A stretch of 64,000 nt of DNA from a virus. Of this stretch, positions 27,325 through 36,917 are shown piece by piece; position 1 is the stretch's first letter, and every line of letters begins with the position of its first letter. The notes beneath the pieces are model-generated. The model was given only the letters and a program-made list of their open reading frames with translations. It searched no databases and was not told the origin of the DNA. The stretch is taken from positions 18,501-82,500 of the IMG/VR virus record IMGVR_UViG_3300019124_000103; one strand, given 5' to 3'. A program made the translations under genes and the position numbers.

Positions 27325-27917
27325 TTCGCCTCCGGGGCGTTGGCTTGCTCGGTTATGCGCGATTGGATGACGGCGGCCGGCGGCGGGTCTGGAAGCTCTC
27401 GCCAGCAGGCAATCGCCCCTTCGGGGACTAGCCCTGCGCAACAGAACCAAGCCACGCCGTTCCACCAGCCGACAAGACGCCCACCGTCCCAGCGGTGGCA
27501 CAGAACCTCGCGCAGGTCTGCCGGCTTCAGCTCGTTGGCCCAGTTCCATACATCTCTCGTCCAGAGCGCGCAGTTCATGCGCAGCACCGATCCTGGCGGA
27601 CAACTGCAACGCTCGCCGCCAATGCACAGCCCTGATGGGTCGTTCTTGCATTGCTCCCGGCATGCCGAATCACCGCACGGGTGTGTGCAGGCCGCGCCAG
27701 CGATAGGAGCGGACGCCGCGTCAGCGGCTGGAGCGGATAGCGCGGTCCCCGAAGGGGAGGCGCCCTGAACCTGTCCGGCTCCCAAAGGCTGGGAGAGGGA
27801 GGTGCGTAGCTGGCGCAGTTCTTCAAGCGCTTCCAGCACATCCGCATGCCCAAGCTCGGCGAGCAGCCTCTGCGTGCGGACGATCCTGCGAAGGCTCCCT
27901 GTCTTGTCGGTGCTCAT
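27318..27917 (-). CDS. Hypothetical Cys-rich early protein (DUF551-like C-terminus)
   Basis: Ends WRELPDPP; coupled overlaps. Confidence 0.55.
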   Translation of the reverse strand: MSTDKTGSLRRIVRTQRLLAELGHADVLEALEELRQLRTSLSQPLGAGQVQGASPSGTALSAPAADAASAPIAGAACTHPCGDSACREQCKNDPSGLCIGGERCSCPPGSVLRMNCALWTRDVWNWANELKPADLREVLCHRWDGGRLVGWWNGVAWFCCAGLVPEGAIACWRELPDPPPAAVIQSRITEQANAPEAKW

Positions 27918-28135
27918 TTGGGGGCTCCTGCGTCTGCGGCCCGCTCGGCTTCGAGACTTCTTCGTATCTGGTCCCGAAGCGCTTCTCTACACCCGGCCAA
28001 CTTGGCGCGGTTGTCTTGGGCCGCGAACTTCCACCGCCCGCTGTCCACCTGCGTCTCGACCAGTTCCAGCCATAGATCAGCGTCCATTGCTGCCGCTAAA
28101 AGCGTGGTCGGCTTTCCGTCTGCCCACCTGCTCAC
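27914..28135 (-). CDS. Hypothetical early protein
   Basis: 4-bp overlaps on both sides. Confidence 0.55.
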   Translation of the reverse strand: MSRWADGKPTTLLAAAMDADLWLELVETQVDSGRWKFAAQDNRAKLAGCREALRDQIRRSLEAERAADAGAPK

Positions 28136-28791
28136 ACCCCACCCCCTTGTGCGCCAGAGAGGCGTCGCTCAGTGGCGCGGACTATCCAATAGTCCAGCGA
28201 ATCGCTGGGCATGATTTGCTGGCCCCGCGGACCGCTGGCGCACTGACGGAACAGCACGCGGGCATGCGTCAGCACCTCTTCCACCTGGTCGTCCGTCAAC
28301 GCCTCCTGCCCCTGCGCCGAGGGCGGCTGTGCGGGTGCTGTGGGGGTGACGCAAGAGCAGTTCACGATGTCGCTCGCGCTGCGAATTGCGGTGCCTTCCC
28401 AGAGGCAGCCGACGGCGTGTTTCGCCACTGCCGGCTGCTCTGCCTGCTCGGGCACTGAGGGGGCGGCGTCAATCAGGCGCAGCACCTCGCGCTCGATGCG
28501 GCGGATCGTCTCTTTCGCCCAGCCGAACTCCGAGCGCATGGCGAGCACCTGCTCATCCGTCAGTGCTGCGGGTGCCTGCTTACCCTCCCATTCGCGCCAC
28601 TTTGCGGCGTGCGCCAGGGATTCACGCAGCACGGGGATCGTGTCAACGCCAACAGGCGGTGCTGCGGGTGCCTGCTCGGTGGTGGCGAGGGCGACGCGCG
28701 CTCCACCCATTGCGACATGAGCCCGCTCCAGGTCTTTTGCGTCAAGCGCTGCCAGCAGTTCGCGCAGCGCCTCTCTCGTGGCGTCGGTCAT
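28132..28791 (-). CDS. Hypothetical modular early protein
   Basis: Repeated ALTDEQV/ALTDDQV modules; coupled overlaps. Confidence 0.6.
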   Translation of the reverse strand: MTDATREALRELLAALDAKDLERAHVAMGGARVALATTEQAPAAPPVGVDTIPVLRESLAHAAKWREWEGKQAPAALTDEQVLAMRSEFGWAKETIRRIEREVLRLIDAAPSVPEQAEQPAVAKHAVGCLWEGTAIRSASDIVNCSCVTPTAPAQPPSAQGQEALTDDQVEEVLTHARVLFRQCASGPRGQQIMPSDSLDYWIVRATERRLSGAQGGGV

Positions 28792-28934
28792 GATGTGTGC
28801 TCCTTCGCCGGCCAGCGCAGCGTTGCGACCAGTGGGCGGCCCTGTTTGTCAAACGCGCCGGGGTACAGCTTCGCAAGCGCGGCCAGGTCTGCGCGGGCCT
28901 GGCGCTGGATGCGGAGGATGTCGGCAAGGGTCAC
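28788..28934 (-). CDS. Small hypothetical protein (48 aa, not in ORF track)
   Basis: Manual translation MTLADILRIQRQARADLAALAKLYPGAFDKQGRPLVATLRWPAKEHTS; 4-bp overlaps on both sides. Confidence 0.5.
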   Translation of the reverse strand: MTLADILRIQRQARADLAALAKLYPGAFDKQGRPLVATLRWPAKEHTS

Positions 28935-29542
28935 GATGCCTGCTCCTGCTGTTGTGTGGAGAGGGCCAACAAGGCCCGCGCAGCCTGATAGACGTAGGGC
29001 TTCAGGTCGTCGCAGCCCTCTTTGATCGTGAAGCCGTTCGCTAGGAAGACCGCGCGAATCTGCGCATCCGTCAGCCCCTGTGCTGCAGGGGTGGGAGTGG
29101 ATCGGGCGGCAGCTTCACAGTCTTCTTCCGAGACAGTGCCGGCCGCGGCCAGAAGGTCCGCCCACTGCCATTCCTCCTCCTGCATCACGCGCTCCATGGC
29201 GCGGTTCGGGCGAAGCGGCACAAGCGCGAAGCCTGCGGGAATCGCCCCCGCCCCTGCGGGCTGTGGTGCTGGTGGGGTGGTGTAGAGGGGCGTTATGTCC
29301 CGCAGCTTGTCCGGGTAGCCGGGGCACCAGGCGATGCCCTCCGGCTGGTCCTTATCGTGGAAGCCCACCGGTTCTGCTGCCTCCTGCTGGGCGAGGGCGG
29401 CGGACTCGATGAACCGGCGCAGAGTCTCTCGCGGCCCGACCGGGTCCACCGACACATTCATGCGGGCGAAGTCATCGAGCGATTCCAGCGCTTCGAGCGC
29501 CTGCTCTCGGGTGACTGCCAGCGCTTCTCGGTCTTGGGTCAT
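28931..29542 (-). CDS. Hypothetical modular early protein
   Basis: PLYTTPP, IPAGFALVP and FLANGFTIKEG...DLKPYVY phage modules. Confidence 0.7.
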   Translation of the reverse strand: MTQDREALAVTREQALEALESLDDFARMNVSVDPVGPRETLRRFIESAALAQQEAAEPVGFHDKDQPEGIAWCPGYPDKLRDITPLYTTPPAPQPAGAGAIPAGFALVPLRPNRAMERVMQEEEWQWADLLAAAGTVSEEDCEAAARSTPTPAAQGLTDAQIRAVFLANGFTIKEGCDDLKPYVYQAARALLALSTQQQEQAS

Positions 29543-29598
29543 ATGTGGTTTCCCGTGGGAGCTAACCCGGGCCTGCGGCCCTAGGCGTTCTGGAATGT

Positions 29599-30024
29599 TT
29601 AGCCTCGGCCCGCGGCGTTGCTGGGTGTCACCCCATGCATAGCCAGGAACGCCACGGTGTAGTCAATGAGACTGGAGCCTCTCTGCCTGGACATCGCGGC
29701 AGTGCTTTCGCGGATATTCACGAACTCGCCCTCAAGTCCCGGGACGATTTCAGCCCCTTGCTTTGTGGCGGTGGCATGCCCGGAGACAAACAGCACCTTC
29801 CACTGCTCGGCCGTTCTCGGGGCTCCGGCCCAGCACAAGCCGGCCTTTTCGGCGTCCTGGCAGAGCGCGTGAAACTTGGCGTTTTGATCCAGGCTGCGGC
29901 GCTCGGGCTTGACCGTGACTTCCAGTCGATGGCCCTGGAGGGTTTCGCCCTTGATCTGGCTCCATAGGTCGGACCAGACCTTGTATGCCTGCTGTGGGTT
30001 CACTAGCTTCTGGGTGACTTTCAT
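29599..30024 (-). CDS. ninB: NinB/Orf-family recombination protein
   Basis: RSLDQNAKFHAL...WKVLF...PGLEGEFV...STAAMS motif pattern. Confidence 0.8.
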   Translation of the reverse strand: MKVTQKLVNPQQAYKVWSDLWSQIKGETLQGHRLEVTVKPERRSLDQNAKFHALCQDAEKAGLCWAGAPRTAEQWKVLFVSGHATATKQGAEIVPGLEGEFVNIRESTAAMSRQRGSSLIDYTVAFLAMHGVTPSNAAGRG

Positions 30025-30350
30025 CGCGTCCTCTTCAGCGTTTCCATGTCCCAGCCTTCCCGCTCGGCCATCTCTTGCATTCGTTCGACGTACTCAGCCT
30101 CTAGCTCTCGTCGCTGATCCCGGCTCATGTCGAGACAGTTGTCGTGCTGCTGATGGCAGCCGATCAACCCGAAGTGAGGGGCGCAGAGGGGGAAAATCTT
30201 GGAGTCGCAAACCTTCATCCCTAGTCCCTTGCCGAAATTCGCGTGGGCTGCTTGGCTGAACCCTTCGATACCGCATCCGAAGCACGGCTTAGAGGCGACG
30301 TACCTTCTATACGCCTCTGACCTCAGTAGCCGTGTCTTCGGGTAGAGCAT
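30021..30350 (-). CDS. DUF968/DUF1364-like Zn-binding nuclease-fold protein
   Basis: YVASKPCFGCG...AAH...GLGMKVCD...PLC...CHQQHD. Confidence 0.65.
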   Translation of the reverse strand: MLYPKTRLLRSEAYRRYVASKPCFGCGIEGFSQAAHANFGKGLGMKVCDSKIFPLCAPHFGLIGCHQQHDNCLDMSRDQRRELEAEYVERMQEMAEREGWDMETLKRTR

Positions 30351-30625
30351 CAGAAGGGAATGTCGGAACCCTCGTCACGACCGTAGGCGCGCTTCGCCAT
30401 CTCGGTGCCGCCCATCTGGCGCTTTGGCTGCTCGGCCTGCTGTTCCTTGACATTGACCGCAAGAGACATGAACTTGCCCTGTTGACCCGTCTTGATCCAG
30501 GCGGACAACCAGAACTCCACTCCTTCGATGTTGATCGAACCCTTGTAGTCCGGGTGGGTGTCCTTCTCCTTGCGGTCGTTCTTAAAGAGGACGCCGGAGT
30601 TGGTGTTGTCGTATTGCTTGCTCAT
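30350..30625 (-). CDS. Phage single-stranded DNA-binding protein
   Basis: GVLFKNDRK...PDYKG...WLSAW; acidic DIPF C-terminus. Confidence 0.75.
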   Translation of the reverse strand: MSKQYDNTNSGVLFKNDRKEKDTHPDYKGSINIEGVEFWLSAWIKTGQQGKFMSLAVNVKEQQAEQPKRQMGGTEMAKRAYGRDEGSDIPF

Positions 30626-31293
30626 TACGCTGCCTTTTGCTTTGCGTGGAACTGGATTGAATACGCCTTGATGGCGTTGCGGGTGGATGCGGGCATGAGC
30701 TTGGAAAGGAAGATCTTTTCCAGGTCATCCAGCCCCTCTTGCTCGATGCGCTCGAAAGCCGCTTGGGGGCCGTAGGCTTCAAAGTCGCCCTTGACCGTTT
30801 CCCACAGCTTCAGAAGCTCTTGTTCCCGCACAGCAGGGATGGCCGGGGACTCGTTCAATACGTCGTTCATGACGCCGGTCGGCCGCTTGGTCTGCTTCGG
30901 CGGCTGGCTGGCCGCGTTACCGTCGTCGTCGTCTTGATACAAGCCAACAGCGGCGGCCAGCGAGTAGCGGCGGAGGTATGTGATGGCCGAGCCGTACCCC
31001 TGCGGGTCGTTCTTCGGCAGCGTCACAACCGCCATTGACTCGATCCACTCACCCGACTCGTGAAGCAAACGGGTCGTCAAAGCCAAGGTGCCGGGGTCGC
31101 TTGGGGCCGGTAGTTGAATGAAGGCGACGCCGTTTGCGTTCAGGGCCGGCTTGATCGCGTCGATCACTGCGGGAAGGTCCGCGTACTTGTTGCGGAAGTG
31201 CGGGTTCACCGCATCTTTCGCCGCGAAGGTGATCGCCCCTTGCGCCTTCACTAGCGCCTGGCTGATCTTGCTGATTGATTCGCTGGTTCTCAT
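30625..31293 (-). CDS. erf: ERF-family single-strand annealing protein
   Basis: [17 protein letters not shown] and [12 protein letters not shown]...DDDGN. Confidence 0.92.
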   Translation of the reverse strand: MRTSESISKISQALVKAQGAITFAAKDAVNPHFRNKYADLPAVIDAIKPALNANGVAFIQLPAPSDPGTLALTTRLLHESGEWIESMAVVTLPKNDPQGYGSAITYLRRYSLAAAVGLYQDDDDGNAASQPPKQTKRPTGVMNDVLNESPAIPAVREQELLKLWETVKGDFEAYGPQAAFERIEQEGLDDLEKIFLSKLMPASTRNAIKAYSIQFHAKQKAA

Positions 31294-31313
31294 ATTCGTA
31301 CTCCTGTGTCCAG

Positions 31314-32775
31314 TCAGGCCCGAGGTTCGCTGCCGGTAGCGGCTTCATAGATCGCCTCCAGCGCCTTCAAGTCATCCGTCGTTGGGTCGGGTTCATACGA
31401 TTCGGGCCATTCGCCGTGTTCCGCGTAGAACTCCTGCGCCGTCATCAGATGGGCTTCCCCACAAGCCCGGCAGAACAGATCCACCGAGCATCCGCAGTAG
31501 GTGCAGTACATCAATGCACCTCGTCGCCGACAACGTGCCTAGACCACCAAGCCACGAGGCGCTGCTTCCAGGTGAGCGGTGCGGGGACATGGCACATACC
31601 CCCGGGCATCTCTCCCCACATGGGCCAGCAGTCACAGGGGCGGCGACCTTGGTTGCAGTTACCACCGCAGCCGAGAACAACGGTCAGGCGCTGGGCGTAC
31701 AGCTCGCGGGTCTTGACGGTTTCGACCATGGCGAAGTGAGCGTTGCGGTCGTTCATCACATCGCTCCCGCCAAGAGAAGAACCGCAAGAACCGCCATCAC
31801 GACAACGCCGACATAGGTCGCTGCTGCGTGGCCCTTGCTGGCGAACACCTCAACAGGCGAGGCGTAGTCAGCGGGGGATTGATAGACCCGATGGGCGCGC
31901 ATCCACGCCTCGGGCGTCTCAGTGAAGTTGCGCTTCATGCTGTCTCCCAAATCACGCCAACTTGGCGCACGTTGCGTTGCTGATCGATAGCCACCACGTC
32001 CACACCCTGGGACGTGCGCCAGAACTCCAAACGAATCCCCGCCATGTCATCCATGCCTTCGACTTGAAGGGCAGAGAGAAAGAAGGGCCGGGGTGCTTGC
32101 ATTGCCTCGGGTGTGGGGCAGGGCAAGACTGAATCGAGGAGGGCGCTCACACTGCACCCCCTGGCCGGTCGTCACGTCGGAGGCCGGGATTCGCTTCGCG
32201 GAACTCAGCGAGCGTCTGACGACCGGATTTGTCCAGCAGCGCGCGGCCGACTGCCGTGATGTTGTCTCCGTCAAGCGCACCCCACCCGCGGAGCGTGGCG
32301 CGGCACGTCACAAGGCCACGGGCATCGCCGACCGTCATTGCCTTGAGTGGCTTCCCGTCGCGTGCCGCGAGAAGCACGGCACGATGGCCGCTGTTCATGC
32401 GTGCGCGCATCTGCTTGATGCTTGGCGTGTGCTTCGCTTCCATCACAGCGCAGCCTCCCGAAACTTGGTCTTGCACGAATGGCAGTGCATGACGCGGTTA
32501 AAGCTCGCGGAGATCTCCGCGCAGTCCTCACACGGCTCAGGCTCGGGAGCCGTCAGCACCTTGATCTCGTCTTGGAGGTCTTGCACCGTGTAGAAGGCGC
32601 TGCGGAGCTGTCCGCGCAGCAGGCCCACGAGATAGGCCAGGCGCGCCAGATCGCCGCCGCCCACCTTCGCCACGTAGGCGTCAGCCTGCGCCTCCAGCCG
32701 ATCTAGAACGCGGTCACATGCGCTCTGCTTCTGCTTCCACGGAGCGGGGATCGGGATGTCGGTTTGCATTGCCAT
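31314..32775 (-). CDS. Run of six small leftward early genes (31314-31514, 31511-31759, 31756-31938, 31935-32150, 32147-32443, 32443-32775)
   Basis: Translationally coupled small ORFs downstream of the leftward operators; no function recognised. Confidence 0.55.
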
Positions 32776-32799
32776 CTCTCCTGCGAGTCGATGGCTGAA

Positions 32800-32840
32800 C
32801 TATGCAACATGCGCAGTCACAAGGCAAGCAGAATGCATAG
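32800..32840. promoter_or_regulatory. Left operators OL (two 17-bp sites, 24 bp apart)
   Basis: CTATGCAACATGCGCAG (32800) and GCAAGCAGAATGCATAG (32824); match the OR sites. Confidence 0.75.
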
Positions 32841-32905
32841 CCAGAAGACAAATTAGAGTGGCGCCTCTAATTCCGTGTGACTACAGTCGGAGGCGGAGGT
32901 GAGGG

Positions 32906-33403
32906 ATGAGGAAAACGATTTCCGCGGCTGTGGTCGCGGCGATGGTGGCCGGGTGCGCGACTACCCCCGAGCACTACAGGCAGAACAAGGCGGGCTTATC
33001 TGATCTGGAGGTGTGCCGCGCTTCCCGGGCCGCAATGAATGCCGCGGATTGGTCTTGGCACAGCGAAACAATGGAAGATATGGCCGCTCGGGGCCTTACT
33101 GCCGCGTCGTGCGTCGAGCTAGTAGCCGAGGCGGAGCAGAAAGCCAAAACGGTTGGGGCGATCGTCCTGGGAGTCGCCGCACTCGCGTTGATCGCTTCGC
33201 AGGCCAAGAAGGGCAGGATTGGTGGATCGCAGGCCACCGGCCAAGACTTTGACTGGGACTGGGATCTTTTCTACGGCGAGCGCATGCAGATGGTGTGGGC
33301 CTGCCGTGGCGTGCAAACGGGGCAATTCGCGGAGCCTTATAGATGTCAGCACAAGGCCCAAACCGACTTGCGGTGGCCGGGCTTGCAAGCGCCTTGGCGC
33401 TGA
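32906..33403 (+). CDS. Lipoprotein moron in immunity region
   Basis: MRKTISAAVVAAMVAGC lipobox; internal TM segment; Cys pairs. Confidence 0.75.
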   Translation: MRKTISAAVVAAMVAGCATTPEHYRQNKAGLSDLEVCRASRAAMNAADWSWHSETMEDMAARGLTAASCVELVAEAEQKAKTVGAIVLGVAALALIASQAKKGRIGGSQATGQDFDWDWDLFYGERMQMVWACRGVQTGQFAEPYRCQHKAQTDLRWPGLQAPWR

Positions 33404-33645
33404 TGGCCGCGGCCGGGCAGTCCAGCGCTTCTGCACGCTCCCCCGCAGTCAAAGCAGAGTTCCGCCGCCTGAACCCCTGCCCGAGCACCGGGAAGACGAG
33501 AGGCGCCTGTCCGGGCTATCACGTCGATCACCGGGAAAGCCTCATCTGCGGTGGCAAAGACGAGGTGTCGAACCTGCAATGGCTATCGATCCCCGAGCAC
33601 AAAGAGAAAACCCGCGTCGAGGTGAAGCTGTGCCGCTCGCGGTAG
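33343..33645 (+). CDS. Small HNH-motif protein with signal-peptide-like N-terminus
   Basis: NPCPSTG...CPGYHVDH...CGGKDEVSNLQWL...H; start uncertain. Confidence 0.7.
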   Translation: MSAQGPNRLAVAGLASALALMAAAGQSSASARSPAVKAEFRRLNPCPSTGKTRGACPGYHVDHRESLICGGKDEVSNLQWLSIPEHKEKTRVEVKLCRSR

Positions 33646-33775
33646 ATCGTTACGACCGCTCACGAATTGGGGCGCTTTCACCCCTTAATCTTGGGGTTGA
33701 CGCCTCGGACCTAGTACACGATTGGGCGTCGATAGAAGACTCGCCCGGCCCTGTGGCTCACGCGGTGAGCTAGCG

Positions 33776-33795
33776 TACTGGATACATTTACAGTA
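33776..33795. promoter_or_regulatory. LexA (SOS) box
   Basis: TACTG-GATACATTTA-CAGTA matches the proteobacterial TACTG-N10-CAGTA consensus with an AT-rich spacer. Confidence 0.85.
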
Positions 33796-33812
33796 CAACA
33801 AAGTGAGTGGGC

Positions 33813-34250
33813 ATGAGCGGTATGGACGAGTTTGAAATCACCCGGCGCGGCGGGATGCTCATCGTGCAGGTGGGCGGCTTCTTTACGGTGGAGAAGGCCG
33901 ATGAACTTCGGCAGCGCATCCTGGCGGACCTTCGGCAGGCCAACGCTGTGAAGTGCCTCATTGATCTGCGGCGGTGCGTCTTGGTCATGGGCGAGGCCCA
34001 AATCGACCAGATGGCGGAAGCCGAGCTGGCGAGCGGGCTGGAGGTGGCGACTGGTGTTCTTGCCAGCGAACCGCAGCGGGAGCTGGTCAAGCGCTACGCA
34101 AAGCGCATGGGCGCGACCGGCAGAACCCGCCTGGTCTTCACCGATGCTTCGCGGTCTTTGTGGGAGTGGCTGGGGGGAGTGGTTCCGGAGCTTCTTCCTG
34201 CTCGACAGTTCGAAGTCGGTGCTCGTCCTCAATCTCAAAAGCAACACTAG
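33813..34250 (+). CDS. LexA-controlled STAS/SpoIIAA-like protein, candidate antirepressor
   Basis: LIVQVGGFFTVEKA...CLIDLR...VFTD...WEWL pattern; SOS box directly upstream. Confidence 0.6.
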   Translation: MSGMDEFEITRRGGMLIVQVGGFFTVEKADELRQRILADLRQANAVKCLIDLRRCVLVMGEAQIDQMAEAELASGLEVATGVLASEPQRELVKRYAKRMGATGRTRLVFTDASRSLWEWLGGVVPELLPARQFEVGARPQSQKQH

Positions 34251-34587
34251 CGCACTGCGCTATGGCGATCCGCTTCAGTAGCGGGTCTTCGATGTTGTTC
34301 AGCCGTCGCGCGATTTCCATGATCTCGGGCGGCAGTGCTGGCGCGCCGTCAACCTCAAGCGGCTGATCCATCCAGCCGACAGGCTTTTGCATCTTGGCTT
34401 CCAGCTTGGTAGCCAACTCGTCGCCTACATTCCGGCGCCCTTTGGACATCGCGATCAGATGCGTGTCCACCGTATTGCATAGGGCGGCGAGCTTCTGCGG
34501 CCCGCCCGCTTCAGCAAGAAGCATCTTTAGCCGCTCGCGCCTCCACGCGCGATAGGGCCTCTCGTCCCGTTCTCCATCCTCCGTCAT
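34138..34587 (-). CDS. cI: CI-like repressor (HTH, no S24 peptidase domain)
   Basis: RRERLKMLL...GRRNVGDELATKLE...GWMD pattern; divergent from cro-like gene. Confidence 0.8.
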   Translation of the reverse strand: MTEDGERDERPYRAWRRERLKMLLAEAGGPQKLAALCNTVDTHLIAMSKGRRNVGDELATKLEAKMQKPVGWMDQPLEVDGAPALPPEIMEIARRLNNIEDPLLKRIAIAQCASVAFEIEDEHRLRTVEQEEAPEPLPPATPTKTAKHR

Positions 34588-34597
34588 GCCGGCAAGC

Positions 34598-34662
34598 CTA
34601 CGCGACTTGCATAAGGGCAGACTATGCGTTATGCTCAGTCCAGCACTGCGCAACTTGCATAG
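34598..34662. promoter_or_regulatory. Right operators OR (three 17-bp sites at 24-bp period)
   Basis: CTACGCGACTTGCATAA (34598), CTATGCGTTATGCTCAG (34622), CTGCGCAACTTGCATAG (34646); consensus CTATGC-N5-GCATAG. Confidence 0.8.
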
Positions 34663-34667
34663 TCCAA

Positions 34668-35027
34668 ATGGAACTTCGAGCATACCTAGACACCCTTCCT
34701 CGTGGAGGCGTGGCCGAGTTCGCGGGCAAGTGCGGCATTTCTGAGGTTTACCTGCACCAGCTTGCTGCCCGCCAGGGCCGGAGACAGGCGAGCCCTGCGC
34801 TCGCGGTAGTTATCGAGCGGGAGAGCGGCGGAATGGTCAAGCGCGCGGATCTGCGGCCTGACGACTACAGCCAGATTTGGCCCGACCTCAAGAAGCCCGC
34901 TGCCTCGAAGAAAGCCGACGCCCCCGCGGCCAGCACAGAACCCCGCATCCCTGCGGCCGATCACCACGTCTGGCCGCTCCCCACTGACCGCCGCATCACC
35001 AAGCGTGACGGTCCTTCCAAGGAGTGA
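34668..35027 (+). CDS. cro: Cro/YdaS-like repressor
   Basis: AEFAGKCGISEVYLHQL...SPALAVVIERESGG.V...DLRPD. Confidence 0.85.
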   Translation: MELRAYLDTLPRGGVAEFAGKCGISEVYLHQLAARQGRRQASPALAVVIERESGGMVKRADLRPDDYSQIWPDLKKPAASKKADAPAASTEPRIPAADHHVWPLPTDRRITKRDGPSKE

Positions 35028-35030
35028 GCG

Positions 35031-35456
35031 ATGAAGCTCCCCAGCGAGGATTTCGACGACTCCCGGGCTAGGCGGCTGTACCCGCCGCGAGACGGCATCT
35101 ACCGCCACTGGTTTTGCGACTACCAGCCCATCGTCGAGTCGTTCGGCGATGTGCTCGTGCAAGTTGATGACAACGACTATTCGGGTGATACGCGCGTCCT
35201 TCTGAAGAGTGGCGGGCGCTTCGGCTTCCTCAACTTCGGCTGGGGATCGTGCAGCGGTTGCGATGCGCTTCAGTCGTGCAACAGCTATCGCGCTGTTGAG
35301 GAACTCATCCAGGGGTTGGAGCGCGACATCAAGTGGTTTGACAACCTCCAGGACGCAAAAGACTACATCGCCAGCCCCGACCGCAAATCGTCCTACTACT
35401 GGCACGAGAGCGAATGGAAAAGCTTTGTTGACCAAGTTCTTGCCCTGGAGACCTGA
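35031..35456 (+). CDS. Hypothetical protein
   Basis: 141 aa; DYSGD...GWGSCSGCD motif; AGGAG RBS. Confidence 0.7.
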   Translation: MKLPSEDFDDSRARRLYPPRDGIYRHWFCDYQPIVESFGDVLVQVDDNDYSGDTRVLLKSGGRFGFLNFGWGSCSGCDALQSCNSYRAVEELIQGLERDIKWFDNLQDAKDYIASPDRKSSYYWHESEWKSFVDQVLALET

Positions 35457-35457
35457 C

Positions 35458-35643
35458 ATGCGTGATCTAGACGCCCTCGACCCTCTGCCGAAGCTCGGTG
35501 CCAAGGTGGAGCCGCTGAACGACAAGCCGCTGACCGAACGCCAGAAGCAAGCACTTCGCACATACGTCTTCGAGCGGTCGCGCTGGTACGACATCGCGCC
35601 GTTGCAAGAAACCTTCGCCCGCCAGTACCCGGCCGGCAAGTAA
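35458..35643 (+). CDS. Small hypothetical protein
   Basis: MRDLDALDPLP start; GGAG RBS. Confidence 0.5.
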   Translation: MRDLDALDPLPKLGAKVEPLNDKPLTERQKQALRTYVFERSRWYDIAPLQETFARQYPAGK

Positions 35644-35651
35644 CCGTCAAC

Positions 35652-35720
35652 GCCCGAGCCATGCACCCCCTTCAGCTTTCTGGGCAGTTCACCCGCATGT
35701 GCTCGGGCACCTTTTTCACC
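35652..35720 (+). terminator. Long hairpin followed by a T run (tR1-like)
   Basis: GCCCGAGC.CATGC...GCATG.TGCTCGGGC then CCTTTTT. Confidence 0.45.
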
Positions 35721-35832
35721 ACGCGCCGGCAGTCGATGCTGGTCCGTTCCCCCTCCTCCTGCCCTCCCTGCTTCGGGCCGGCTGGGGCGCGTGGTTCCTT
35801 CATTCATCACTGACCTACCAGGAGAAGTCCTC

Positions 35833-36204
35833 ATGCGAGACATCGTGACCTCAACTTCGCGTCAACGCGAGGAATGCGCAGAGAAGCCGCGGAAACCGCT
35901 GCACTACATGCACCCCGACGACCTGCGTTATTCAGCGCTTCAGGACTGCATTGCAGAGGCGATTTTGCATTCGCGCTTCACGCAGCAGGCCCTGGCCCGA
36001 CGCATAGGTGTGAGCGAGTCCCATCTGTCGAAGGTCATCAACGGCCAAGCCGGTTTGCACGGCGAGGCGCTGGTGGCGTTCTGCAAAGAGACGCGCTCGG
36101 TTGCCTTGTGGCAGTGGTACTCAATGCGGATATCCGAAGCATTGCAAGCCGAGGGCGTGCAGTTCCCGCCGCTGATGGCGGCTGCTTCCCCTCGTTTGCA
36201 ATGA
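35833..36204 (+). CDS. CII-like HTH regulator
   Basis: TQQALARRIGVSESHLSKVING; position between cro and replication genes. Confidence 0.7.
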   Translation: MRDIVTSTSRQREECAEKPRKPLHYMHPDDLRYSALQDCIAEAILHSRFTQQALARRIGVSESHLSKVINGQAGLHGEALVAFCKETRSVALWQWYSMRISEALQAEGVQFPPLMAAASPRLQ

Positions 36205-36380
36205 GCCGCACGCCGGGTAGGGAGGAAAGCTGTGATGGAAAACAGAGATTCGACACACAAGCGCTTGCCCGGCGCATGGCTGAACGGCTCAACCGCAAAG
36301 GTGGACGTGTTCACGTTTACCGCTGCGTGCTTTGCGCTGGCTTTCATTTGGGCAGCGTCGGAAAGGTGAGGAAACCATGA
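36201..36380 (+). CDS. Small Zn-finger-like phage protein
   Basis: CDGKQRF...VYRCVLCAGFHLG. Confidence 0.65.
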   Translation: MSRTPGREESCDGKQRFDTQALARRMAERLNRKGGRVHVYRCVLCAGFHLGSVGKVRKP

Positions 36381-36784
36381 GCGTCTGGCGCCCGATCCTC
36401 ACCAACTTGCACGAGCTGGGCCGCCCGGCCCCTCTGCGGGATTGGGACGACTTCCGCTTCTCGGCAACGTCCGTGAAAGCTGCTGTCGAGGATCTGTTGC
36501 GCCTCGGCCTGATCCAGCGTGACGGCTTGATCGGCAAGCACGTGGTCTACCGCATCACGTCGCTGGGCACTCAGTTCTGCCAGGGCCGCGTGATCGCAGT
36601 TCGTGGCCGCAAACACGACCCGCTGTGGAGGAAGTACCTCAACAGCAACCACAAGACCCGCCAGCGTGCCAAGGCGTTCCAGAGCGGGAACCTGAAGACG
36701 CACTTTTGTGCGACGTGGCTGGCTGCGCTGCCCACAACGTATCCACAGCATTTCCCCGCTGTGTTCTCTTCCGCCCTCGCTTAG
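36377..36784 (+). CDS. Hypothetical winged-helix-like protein
   Basis: LLRLGLIQR...YRITSLG; ATGA coupling. Confidence 0.55.
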   Translation: MSVWRPILTNLHELGRPAPLRDWDDFRFSATSVKAAVEDLLRLGLIQRDGLIGKHVVYRITSLGTQFCQGRVIAVRGRKHDPLWRKYLNSNHKTRQRAKAFQSGNLKTHFCATWLAALPTTYPQHFPAVFSSALA

Positions 36785-36917
36785 GCCGGCTGACCATAGC
36801 CATGTCTAAGCAAGCCCTCTACGTACTCATGAAGAACGAGTTCTTGAATCAGAACCCGAACGCGACGCCGGAACAGATCGAGTCGTTCTGTAAAGAACTG
36901 GCTAAGGAGTTGGGTCT

